Shown one piece after another: positions 21,276 through 30,558 of a stretch of 64,000 bases of DNA. A model generated the notes under the pieces. That model did not search any database. It was not told the origin of the DNA and saw nothing but the letters and a program-made list of their open reading frames with translations. The position numbers were made by a program, and so were the translations under genes. Position 1 is the first letter of the stretch. Every line of letters begins with the position of its first letter. This DNA comes from a bacterium (lineage in GTDB: Bacteria > Arandabacterota > Arandabacteria > Arandabacterales > Arandabacteraceae), in the NCBI GenBank assembly GCA_025774845.1, contig JALGZP010000011.1, positions 479 through 64,478 of the forward strand, written 5' to 3'.

Positions 21276-21885
21276 CAAAAAGAACATCGTGGTCGGCGTC
21301 AGCGGCATAATGGGTTCCGGGAAGACCACGGTTGCGAAGGTCTTTGAAGGATTGGGTGCCGCGCGGATTGACGCGGATGAGATCGGGAAGGAGCTCTTAA
21401 AGGAGCCCGGTATCCGCGGTGCAATCGTCGATGCCTTCGGTGATGGCGTCAAGAACAAGCGTGGCGGGATTGATACGGCTAAACTCGCAACCGCCGCCTT
21501 CAAGACCGAGGAGCGCGTGAGGATGCTCAATGAAATCACACGGGATGCGCTGATCGCACGCATAAGAACGAAGATAGAACAGCACGGCGAGACGACCGAT
21601 ATCGTTGTGGTCGATGCGGCGCTCCTGCCCGAGTGGGGCGCAAGGGAGTGGCTGGATGTTCTCATTGTGGTTGACTCATGTGAGGACACGTGTCTCCGCC
21701 GCTCGTGTAGTGATTCCCGGTTCAAGCCGGCAAGCGTGCGGGCACGGATGAAGCACCAGTTCTCACGGCGCGAGAAGACCGACCGTGCAGACATAATAAT
21801 ACCGAACTACCGATCCCTGGAGGACCTGCGCGAAAGGGCCGCCAAGGTCTTTTCGACCCTCGCGGGGATCACAGGAAAGGGGTGA
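21262..21885 (+). CDS. coaE: Dephospho-CoA kinase
   Basis: GVSGIMGSGKTT, IDADEIG, VVDAALLPE; follows polA. Confidence 0.9.
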   Translation: MKRTDKKNIVVGVSGIMGSGKTTVAKVFEGLGAARIDADEIGKELLKEPGIRGAIVDAFGDGVKNKRGGIDTAKLATAAFKTEERVRMLNEITRDALIARIRTKIEQHGETTDIVVVDAALLPEWGAREWLDVLIVVDSCEDTCLRRSCSDSRFKPASVRARMKHQFSRREKTDRADIIIPNYRSLEDLRERAAKVFSTLAGITGKG

Positions 21886-21892
21886 TTCAAGG

Positions 21893-23003
21893 ATGTTGCA
21901 GCAGGAACGGGAGCACCTGGCAGATCTCAAGGAGAGAATCGAAATGCTGGGTGCGCATCTTTGACGTACAGTCAAAACTGAAGCGAATACACGATCTTGA
22001 AGTCGAGATGGCAAAGTCCGAGTTCTGGCAGGACTCCCAGAAGGCCAAGTCCGTGATGAAAGAGGCGTCTTCCCACAGGAACGACGTCGAGAGATGGCAG
22101 AACTTCCAGAAGGAGCTGACGGACCTTGAGGATCTGATTGAAATGTGTGAGGAAGCACAGGACTCGGATCTATCGGCCGACATAGTCGAATCGCTTGGTA
22201 AACTTACCGGGGAAGTAGAGGCGATAGAGATGGAGTCGCTCATGGCCGGCGAGGACGACGAGAAGGATGCAATCCTCGCGATCCATCCGGGAGCCGGTGG
22301 AACGGAGTCCCAGGATTGGGCGCAGATGCTGATGCGTATGTATGCGCGGTGGGCGGAACGGCATGACTTCGAAACCAATGTGATGGACATACTTGCCGGT
22401 GAAGAAGCGGGTATCAAGAGTGCGACCATAGAGGTGAAAGGCAGGTATGCCTACGGATATCTCAAGGCGGAAACCGGTGTTCACAGGCTGGTGCGTATAT
22501 CCCCGTTCGATGCCAATCACAGGCGGCACACTTCGTTTGCCTCTGTGTTTGTGTATTCGGTGGCGGATGAAGACCTTGAGATCGAGATAAGCGAGTCCGA
22601 CCTGAGGGTGGACACCTACAGGGCAAGCGGGGCAGGCGGCCAGCACGTGAACAAGACCGATTCAGCGGTGCGGATCACACACGTACCGACCAAAATAGTG
22701 GTGCAATGCCAGAGCGAGCGCTCGCAGCGCCGCAACAGGGAAAATGCGATGAAGATCCTCAAGGCAAAACTTCATGCTCACCACCTCGAGGAGGAGAAGA
22801 AGAAGCTGGAAGAGATCGAGAAAAGTAAAATGGAGATTGCCTGGGGGAGTCAAATACGGTCTTATATACTCCAGCCTTATACACTTGTTAAGGACCATCG
22901 TACCGGTGTCGAGACGGGCAATGTAGTCAACGTACTCGACGGCAGCATAGATGAGTTCATAGAGAAATTCTTGAGATCCTTAGAGCGGGAATCAAAGGGG
23001 TAA
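21893..23003 (+). CDS. prfB: Peptide chain release factor 2 with programmed +1 frameshift
   Basis: ATG 21893 gives MLQQEREHLADLKERIEMLGAHL, then CTT TGA C at 21959-21965. The +1 frame has SPF and GGQ motifs. Confidence 0.95.
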
Positions 23004-23008
23004 GAGGG

Positions 23009-24481
23009 ATGAGACCACTAATTGAACAGAGGATCGCGAAACTTAAAGAGATCGCCGAGCGGGGAGCGAGTCCTTATCCCTACAGCTTCGAGGTCAGTCA
23101 TCACTCCGACGAGATAAAGGAGGGGTTTGAGAACCTGTCCGCTACGAACGAGAAAGTCTCGGTCGCGGGGAGGCTTATGTCAAAGCGGCCCCACGGCAAG
23201 TCGGCTTTCGGTCATGTCAGAGACCTGCCGGGCGACATCCAGATCTACTTCAAGCTCGATGATCTCGGCAAGGAGAAATTCGAATTCCTGGATCTCGTTG
23301 ACATCGGAGACACGATAGGTGTCACGGGCACGGTCTTCAAGACAAGGACCGGTGAAATAACGGTGCATGCGAGCGACTACCAGCTGCTTTCCAAGTCAAT
23401 AAGACCACTGCCTGAGAAGTGGCACGGCCTCAAGGACCGGGAGACCAGGTACCGGCAACGCTATGTGGATCTTTCCTTCAATCTGGAGATCCGCGAGCTC
23501 TTCCGGAAGCGAACGTCGATCATCAGATCCATGAGGGCTTTTCTCGATGAGAGAGGTTTTATCGAGGTCGAGACCCCGGTGCTTCAACCGATCTACGGTG
23601 GTGGAAACGCCGAACCCTTTACGACACATCACAGTGCCCTCGATATGAAACTCTACCTTCGGATCGCCGACGAACTCTATCTCAAGAGGTTGCTCGTAGG
23701 CGGGCTCGAGAAGGTGTACGAGATCTCGAAGGACTTCCGAAATGAGGGGATCGATCGGACCCACAGCCCCGAGTTCACGCAACTGGAAATCTATCAGGCT
23801 TACACGGACTATCACGGCATGATGGATCTCTTTGAAGGGATGGTAGAAAGGGTCTGTCTCGACCTTTCGGGCAGTACCCGGTTCACCTACCAGGACCAGA
23901 AGGTCGACTTCAAGCGGCCCTGGAAGAGGATAAGCATCGAAGAGGCTCTAAAGGAGCATGCCGGCGTCGATCTCAAGACCGCCACGGACGAGAGTCTGCA
24001 GGAGGCCTGTTCGGGGATAGGGGATCAAGACTGGACCACAATGCCCCGGGGCGCGCTGATCGATGAGATAGTCGGTCATTTCGTGGAGCCAAAACTTGTC
24101 GCGCCCACGATACTTTATGACTACCCGGTGGAGACGTCGCCCCTTGCGAAGATCTCAAGAAAGGACCAAAGGTTTGCCGAGAGATTCGAGCCGTTCGCAT
24201 TCGGCATGGAGCTGGGTAACGCCTTCTCGGAGCTCAATGATCCGCTGGACCAGCGTAAACGTTTTGAGAGTCAGCGTGAAACCGGTCAGGCCGAGGGACA
24301 GGAAATCGACCTTGATTTCGTTCGCGCTCTTGAATACGGTATGCCGCCCGCCGGTGGACTTGGCGTTGGGGTAGACCGGCTTGTGATGCTCTTGACCGAC
24401 AGTTACTCAATAAGAGACGTGATTCTGTTTCCCCAGATGAGACATGAGGCAGATCTGGAAGAGGAATTCGATGGGGTATAG
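23009..24481 (+). CDS. lysS: Lysine--tRNA ligase (class II)
   Basis: RYRQRYVDL, EVETPVL, YLRIADELYLKRL, FRNEGI, YGMPPAGGLGVGVDRL. Confidence 0.97.
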   Translation: MRPLIEQRIAKLKEIAERGASPYPYSFEVSHHSDEIKEGFENLSATNEKVSVAGRLMSKRPHGKSAFGHVRDLPGDIQIYFKLDDLGKEKFEFLDLVDIGDTIGVTGTVFKTRTGEITVHASDYQLLSKSIRPLPEKWHGLKDRETRYRQRYVDLSFNLEIRELFRKRTSIIRSMRAFLDERGFIEVETPVLQPIYGGGNAEPFTTHHSALDMKLYLRIADELYLKRLLVGGLEKVYEISKDFRNEGIDRTHSPEFTQLEIYQAYTDYHGMMDLFEGMVERVCLDLSGSTRFTYQDQKVDFKRPWKRISIEEALKEHAGVDLKTATDESLQEACSGIGDQDWTTMPRGALIDEIVGHFVEPKLVAPTILYDYPVETSPLAKISRKDQRFAERFEPFAFGMELGNAFSELNDPLDQRKRFESQRETGQAEGQEIDLDFVRALEYGMPPAGGLGVGVDRLVMLLTDSYSIRDVILFPQMRHEADLEEEFDGV

Positions 24482-25694
24482 TTTTCTTGTAGCCAAGAAG
24501 TACATCGGTGCGGGCAGGAGAAGCGCGTTTATAACGGCGATCACGGTGATATCCGTTGCCGGAGTCGCGCTCGGTGTGCTTGCCCTGATCATCGTTCTGG
24601 CGGTGATGAACGGCTTTGAAAGCGAGGTGATCGACCGGATCATCGGCACCAATGCACACGTCATAGTCAGGAACCAGGACGGCATAGAAGACTTCGAAGA
24701 GGTGGCGACAAGACTGCGCGGGTTGCCGAGAGTGACCGGGGTGTCGCCCTTTGTCTTCTCGAAGGCCATGGTGATCTCGCGGGAGGCGACGGATGCACTC
24801 TTCGTCAGGGGTATTGATCTTGAGCGCGAGACCGAAGTCACGGACATCTCAAGTTACATACGGCCGACCGACTTCCGGTTCGGCGAGATGCAGGCGGATG
24901 TTCCTGAGATCGTGATCGGTAAAGAAGTCGCCTACAGTCTCAAGGTTGCGATCGGTGACACGCTCCTGCTTGCAAGGGGCGACATCTCGGAGGGTTCGCC
25001 TTTCGGTATAGAACCCCTCTTCAGACAGTTTGTTGTCGCGGGCTACTTCGACTCCGGTATGTACGATTATGATGCGTCATTCGGGTTCATAGGTCTTGAG
25101 GACGCCCAGGCATTCTATTCGCTCGATGAGAGAGTTTCCGGACTGAGTGTCAGGATTGAAGATATGTACGAGGCGCCGGAGATCGGCCAGGCGATCTCAC
25201 TTCTTCTTGGAGACGGCTACCTCGTGAGCGACTGGATCCATCTCAACCGGAACCTCTTTACCTGGATGAAGATGGAAAAGAAGGTGATGTTCATAATCCT
25301 AAACCTGATAATCCTCGTGGCCGCCTTCAATATCGCAAGCACGCTGATCATGGTGGTCATGCAGCGTACAAGGGATATCGGCATCCTCAAGTCGATGGGT
25401 GCCACTTCCGGTGCCGTGATGCGGATCTTCATGCTCCAGGGGTTTATCATCGGAGTGATTGGGACCGCGTTCGGCACGGTTGGGGGCATCATCCTCGCGC
25501 GCATTCTCGATAGATACGAACTGATAAGACTTCCGGGTGATGTTTACTTCATAGAGACGGTACCGGTCCTGCTCCGTGCGGCCGACATAACGGCGGTCGC
25601 GGGGGTTGCAGTGCTGATTTGTTTTGCGGCCACGCTCTACCCGGCATGGCAGGCATCCAGACTGGTCCCGGTGGAGGCGATACGTTATGAGTGA
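24471..25694 (+). CDS. lolE: Lipoprotein-releasing ABC transporter permease LolC/E
   Basis: LIIVLAVMNGF, LVAAFNIASTL, DIGILKSMGA, ATLYPAWQAS..EAIRYE. Confidence 0.9.
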   Translation: MGYSFLVAKKYIGAGRRSAFITAITVISVAGVALGVLALIIVLAVMNGFESEVIDRIIGTNAHVIVRNQDGIEDFEEVATRLRGLPRVTGVSPFVFSKAMVISREATDALFVRGIDLERETEVTDISSYIRPTDFRFGEMQADVPEIVIGKEVAYSLKVAIGDTLLLARGDISEGSPFGIEPLFRQFVVAGYFDSGMYDYDASFGFIGLEDAQAFYSLDERVSGLSVRIEDMYEAPEIGQAISLLLGDGYLVSDWIHLNRNLFTWMKMEKKVMFIILNLIILVAAFNIASTLIMVVMQRTRDIGILKSMGATSGAVMRIFMLQGFIIGVIGTAFGTVGGIILARILDRYELIRLPGDVYFIETVPVLLRAADITAVAGVAVLICFAATLYPAWQASRLVPVEAIRYE

Positions 25695-26388
25695 GCCACA
25701 CGGGGACATCGTGCTCGAGGGTAGAGAGATAACCAAGTCATACGTCTCCGGCTCAGAGACCCTGCATGTCCTTAAAGGTGCGAACATAACCATTCACAAG
25801 GGTGAGATCGTTGCCATCATCGGCCCTTCGGGAATCGGTAAGAGCACGCTTCTCCATATGCTCGGAGCGCTCGACAGGCCGGATTCCGGGCAGGTGATCG
25901 TCGACGGGGTCGATGTATTCTCACTTAAGGACGATGAGATTGCCGGATTCAGAAACCGGATGTTCGGCTTTGTATTCCAGTTTCACCACCTGCTTCCGGA
26001 GCTTACGGCGACCGAGAACGTGATGATGCCCTGTGTCATAGCGGGCATGGAGGTTCCTGAAGCCGAGGCGAGGGCACGGCAGGTTCTGACCGATGAAGTG
26101 GGGCTGAAGACGGGTCTCACCCATCGTCCAAGAGAACTTTCGGGTGGAGAACAGCAGAGGGTCGCCGTGGCCCGGGCCCTGGTGATGAACCCTTCGGTGG
26201 TGCTCGCCGATGAGCCATCGGGCAATCTCGACCCGGAGAGCAGTGAGTTGCTTCACCAGCTTATCTGGAGGCTAAGAGACCGCCACGGCCAGAGTTACGT
26301 CGTTGTAACGCATAACATCGAACTGGCAAGGAAGGCCGATCGCGTATTAAAACTATTTGACGGCGTCGCCCAGGACGTTAAGATATAG
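25687..26388 (+). CDS. lolD: Lipoprotein-releasing ABC transporter ATPase
   Basis: GPSGIGKST, GFVFQFHHLL, LSGGEQQR, LADEPSGNLD. Confidence 0.92.
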   Translation: MSEPHGDIVLEGREITKSYVSGSETLHVLKGANITIHKGEIVAIIGPSGIGKSTLLHMLGALDRPDSGQVIVDGVDVFSLKDDEIAGFRNRMFGFVFQFHHLLPELTATENVMMPCVIAGMEVPEAEARARQVLTDEVGLKTGLTHRPRELSGGEQQRVAVARALVMNPSVVLADEPSGNLDPESSELLHQLIWRLRDRHGQSYVVVTHNIELARKADRVLKLFDGVAQDVKI

Positions 26389-26413
26389 TTGGGGTTAAGG
26401 GAGGAGAATCAGG

Positions 26414-26911
26414 ATGCTATGTGACAACTGTGGCAAGGATCCTGCAAAGATCCATTACAAAGAAGTCAAAGACAACGAGGTGACCGAATTCCACCTCTGT
26501 GAGAAGTGTGCCATGGAAAAGGGGATCCAGGTGCCGCATAAGAAGCAGCCATTCTCGATCTCGAACATCTTCGCCGGGATGGCGGAGGAAGCCGCTTCGG
26601 GCCTTGAAAGCTGCAAGAGTTGTGGTTTCAGTTACAAGGAGTTCCGTGATACCGGCAGACTCGGGTGCTCCGAGTGCTACCAGGCGTTCAGGGAGCAGTT
26701 GAAGCCGCTCCTGAGGAGAATCCACGGCTCGAATGCCCACATCGGCAAAAGCCCGCGTATGAGCCAGGGCGTCTATGAGAAGCGACGGGAGATCGAAGAT
26801 CTCAAGGTTCAGCTCGGGATGGCGATCGAGAGCGAAGACTTCGAGAAGGCCGCTGAGCTGCGCGACAGGATCAAAGAACTCGAGACGGAACCGGAGGAAA
26901 GCTCATCGTGA
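26414..26911 (+). CDS. mcsA: McsA activator (CxxC repeats plus UVR domain)
   Basis: CDNC, CEKC, CKSC, GRLGCSECY, EDFEKAAELRDRI. Confidence 0.92.
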   Translation: MLCDNCGKDPAKIHYKEVKDNEVTEFHLCEKCAMEKGIQVPHKKQPFSISNIFAGMAEEAASGLESCKSCGFSYKEFRDTGRLGCSECYQAFREQLKPLLRRIHGSNAHIGKSPRMSQGVYEKRREIEDLKVQLGMAIESEDFEKAAELRDRIKELETEPEESSS

Positions 26912-27981
26912 CAATCGAGCAGATGGCGGCGACCGCAAGCCCCTGGCTTGACGGCCGGGAACACCATGCTGAATCGGTGGTCAGCAGCAGAGTCCGTCTG
27001 GCGCGAAATCTGGCCGGTGTTCCTTTCTCGCACAGGGCGCGGCCTGAGGACCTCGACCGGGTCCTTACGCTTTCGAGGCAGGCCCTATGTGAAGCCAACA
27101 CGCTCAAAACCGGTACATTCATGCTTATGAGCGAGCTCGGTGAGCTCGAAAGGCAGTTCCTGGTTGAGCGTCACCTGATAAGTCAGGAACATTCCGAGAA
27201 GTCGCCCACCAGGGCCGTGATCGTCGGCGACCGTGAGATGGTAAGTGCGATGGTCAATGAGGAGGATCACCTGAGACTCCAGTCGATACAGGCGGGTTTC
27301 CAGGTGATGGAAGCATGGAGGTTGGTTGACAGGCTGGACGGCGAGATCGATCAGAGTCTCGAATATGCCTTTTCCTATGAATGGGGCTATCTTTCCGCCT
27401 GCCCGACCAATACAGGCACGGGACTCAGGGCGTCTATGCTCGTTCATCTTCCGGCGCTTGTACTGACCGGCCAGATAGACAAGATTATTCACAGCATAAG
27501 CCAGATGGGACTTGCTGTCAGAGGCTTCTATGGTGAGGGCAGTGATGTGATGGGCAATCTGTTCCAGGTATCCAACAGGACCGCCCTGGGGACTTCAGAG
27601 ATCGATATCATACAGAGTCTCGAGAAGGTCGTCACTCAGGTGCTTGATTATGAGGCACGGGCACGTGAGATTCTGCTAAGGGATGCACGCTCTCAGATCG
27701 AAGATAAGGTATGGAGGGCATATGGCATTCTGAAGTACTGTAGGAGGGTGACATCAAAGGATGTGATGTCATTTGCCTCCGCAGTAAGGTTAGGCCTGTG
27801 CCTGAAAATGATAGACAGCATATCCGTGGCCGGATTGAACAGGATGACATTTATGAGCCAGCCTGCCCACCTGCAGAAGCGTTCCGGAAAGGAGATGGGA
27901 CCAGCCGAGCGTGATGCAGTCAGAGCGGAGATGGTAAGAAGTATTCTGGCGGAAGAAGACGCCAGAGCCAACGCTGGGTAG
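26908..27981 (+). CDS. mcsB: Protein arginine kinase
   Basis: SSRVRLARN, ERHLIS, NEEDHLR, CPTNTGTGLRAS, RGFYGEG. Confidence 0.95.
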   Translation: MTIEQMAATASPWLDGREHHAESVVSSRVRLARNLAGVPFSHRARPEDLDRVLTLSRQALCEANTLKTGTFMLMSELGELERQFLVERHLISQEHSEKSPTRAVIVGDREMVSAMVNEEDHLRLQSIQAGFQVMEAWRLVDRLDGEIDQSLEYAFSYEWGYLSACPTNTGTGLRASMLVHLPALVLTGQIDKIIHSISQMGLAVRGFYGEGSDVMGNLFQVSNRTALGTSEIDIIQSLEKVVTQVLDYEARAREILLRDARSQIEDKVWRAYGILKYCRRVTSKDVMSFASAVRLGLCLKMIDSISVAGLNRMTFMSQPAHLQKRSGKEMGPAERDAVRAEMVRSILAEEDARANAG

Positions 27982-28007
27982 CTAGCTCTTGCAAGGGAGA
28001 CAATCTG

Positions 28008-30515
28008 ATGCAGGACAAGTTCACTGACAGAGTGCGGCGCGTGATGTTCCTGGCAAGGGAAGAGGCGGCAAGACTTCATCACGACTATATCGGGACGGAG
28101 CACCTGCTGCTTGGGATAATCAGGGAAGGGGAGGGGCTGGCCGCAACGATTCTCTCGAACCTCGGCCTTGACCTGGACGTGATCAGACGGACGATTGAAA
28201 ACATGGTGCCCGCCTCGAGCGGCAGTGTGACGATCGGCGAGATTCCTTTCACACCCAGGGCCAAGCACGTTCTCGAGCTTTCCGTTGACGAAGCGAAACT
28301 ACTGGGTCACAGCTATGTGGGAACGGAGCATCTGCTGTTGGGCCTGATCAGAGAAGGCGATGGGATAGCAGCAAGAGTCCTCGTGGAGTTTGGCGCCGAC
28401 AAGCGGCGTGTCAGGGAAGAGACCCTGAGACTGCTTGGAAATACGGGCCGCGGACAGAAGGGCAAGCAGGAAGCTAAGACCGAGACGCCCGCGCTTGACC
28501 AGTTCGGGAGAGACCTGACCGAACTCGCAAGACAGGGGAAGCTAGATCCAGTGATCGGCCGCGAGGTGGAAATAGAACGCGTGGTGCAGGTGTTGTGCCG
28601 GCGCAAGAAGAACAACCCCGTGATGATCGGTGAGCCGGGTGTCGGAAAGACCGCGATCGTCGAAAGCCTGGCAACAAAGATCGTTGAGAGCAAGGTCCCC
28701 GAGATTCTCAGGCACATGAGGGTCGTCGCGCTCGATCTCGCTGCGATCGTTGCCGGCACCAAGTACAGGGGACAGTTCGAGGAGAGACTGAAAGCGATCA
28801 TAAACGAAATAAGGGATTCACATAACATCATCATTTTCATAGATGAGCTGCATACCATAGTCGGCGCAGGTGGAGCGGAGGGTGCGATCGATGCGTCCAA
28901 TATGCTCAAACCCGCCCTCGCCAGGGGAGAGCTCCAGTGCATCGGAGCGACCACGCTCGATGAGTACCGTAAGCACATCGAAAAGGACGGTGCTCTTGAG
29001 AGACGGTTCCAGCCGATAATGGTCTCGCCTCCTACGGTTGAAGAGACCATCGAAATAATCAAGGGTCTGCGTGACAAGTACGAAGCACATCACCGTGTGC
29101 GCATAACCGACGGGGCGATAGTTGCGGCGGCGCAGCTTTCCGACAGATATGTCAAGGACAGGTATCTGCCGGATAAGGCCATCGACGTGATCGACGAGGC
29201 CGGCGCGAGGGCCAGGCTGTCGGTTTCGGCGATACCGCCTGATATAAGAGAGATGGAAAAGAAGATCGACAAACTCGTCTCCGACAAGGAGAGCTTCATA
29301 AGAAAGCAGGACTTCGAGAACGCCGCGCGCATCCGTGACAGAGAGCGGGAACTCCGGGCGAAGCTTGAGGAGATAAAGGGTAACTGGAAACAGGCTGCCG
29401 ACGGTGCAGACGTTGGGGTCGATGGCGACGACGTGGCGTATATCGTGTCGCGGATGACCGGTATACCCATGATGAAGCTTGAGGAGGAGGAATCCAAGAA
29501 GCTCCTGAGGATGGAAGATGAGCTGCGTAGGCGGATCATCGGACAGGATGAAGCCCTTACGGCGGTCTCGAAAGCGACCCGGAGGGGACGAGCGGGGCTC
29601 AAGGACCCGAGACGTCCGATAGGTTCATTCTTCTTCCTGGGCCCGACCGGTGTAGGCAAGACCGAGTTGGCCCGTGCGCTTGCCGAATTCCTCTTTGGTG
29701 ACGAGAACTCGATGGTCAGGATCGACATGTCCGAGTACATGGAGAAGTTCGCAGTATCGCGTCTTGTCGGTGCGCCTCCCGGTTATGTCGGTTATGAAGA
29801 GGGGGGTCAGCTTACCGAGAAGGTGAGGAGACGGCCTTACTCCGTCGTGCTTCTTGACGAGATTGAGAAGGCTCACCCCGACGTCTTTAACATATTGCTC
29901 CAGGTGCTTGAGGATGGGCAGCTTACCGACAGTTTCGGAAGGGTTGTTGACTTCAAGAACTGTGTTGTGATAATGACATCTAATGTAGGTACGAGACGCA
30001 TCAAGGGAGGTACGTCACTCGGATTCCAGCGGGAGGACAGCGAGGCGACACACGGGCGGATGAGGGACAAGGTCCTCGATGAGCTCAAGCGGACCTTCAA
30101 TCCCGAGTTCCTCAACCGTGTTGATGAGATCATCGTCTTCCACTCGCTCGGTATACCGGAGATCGAGAAGATCGTTGATATCCTGCTGAAGGAGGTTGAA
30201 GGCCGGTTGTCCACCTACGGACTTTCACTGGTCATGACCCCCGAGGCAAAACAGCTTCTGATCGAGAAGGGATACGATCCCGCGCTCGGGGCCAGACCCT
30301 TGAGAAGGACGATTCAGAGGCTGCTTGAAGACCCCCTCGCCGAGGAGGTGTTACGGGGTACTTACAAGGCAGGTACGCTGATCAAGGCATGCAGGAAAAA
30401 GGACGTACTGAACTTCGAGTGCAAGTCAACGGAAAAAAAGGAAAAGGTGTCCTGCACCAAGTCTAAGGAGAAGGAGCTTGAAAAGAAGGAGCTTGAAGAG
30501 AAGGAGCTCCAGTAG
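28008..30515 (+). CDS. clpC: ATP-dependent Clp protease ATPase ClpC
   Basis: Two Clp-N repeats, two AAA+ modules ([16 protein letters not shown]), UVR domain, LGF loop. Confidence 0.96.
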   Translation: MQDKFTDRVRRVMFLAREEAARLHHDYIGTEHLLLGIIREGEGLAATILSNLGLDLDVIRRTIENMVPASSGSVTIGEIPFTPRAKHVLELSVDEAKLLGHSYVGTEHLLLGLIREGDGIAARVLVEFGADKRRVREETLRLLGNTGRGQKGKQEAKTETPALDQFGRDLTELARQGKLDPVIGREVEIERVVQVLCRRKKNNPVMIGEPGVGKTAIVESLATKIVESKVPEILRHMRVVALDLAAIVAGTKYRGQFEERLKAIINEIRDSHNIIIFIDELHTIVGAGGAEGAIDASNMLKPALARGELQCIGATTLDEYRKHIEKDGALERRFQPIMVSPPTVEETIEIIKGLRDKYEAHHRVRITDGAIVAAAQLSDRYVKDRYLPDKAIDVIDEAGARARLSVSAIPPDIREMEKKIDKLVSDKESFIRKQDFENAARIRDRERELRAKLEEIKGNWKQAADGADVGVDGDDVAYIVSRMTGIPMMKLEEEESKKLLRMEDELRRRIIGQDEALTAVSKATRRGRAGLKDPRRPIGSFFFLGPTGVGKTELARALAEFLFGDENSMVRIDMSEYMEKFAVSRLVGAPPGYVGYEEGGQLTEKVRRRPYSVVLLDEIEKAHPDVFNILLQVLEDGQLTDSFGRVVDFKNCVVIMTSNVGTRRIKGGTSLGFQREDSEATHGRMRDKVLDELKRTFNPEFLNRVDEIIVFHSLGIPEIEKIVDILLKEVEGRLSTYGLSLVMTPEAKQLLIEKGYDPALGARPLRRTIQRLLEDPLAEEVLRGTYKAGTLIKACRKKDVLNFECKSTEKKEKVSCTKSKEKELEKKELEEKELQ
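30469..30513 (+). repeat. Three tandem 15-bp units in the clpC 3' end
   Basis: AGAAGGAGCTTGAAA / AGAAGGAGCTTGAAG / AGAAGGAGCTCCAGT, encoding the [14 protein letters not shown] tail. Confidence 0.75.
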
Positions 30516-30558
30516 CTTATGTTCGGCCAGGCATGACTTCTTATCATTAAACTCCCCT

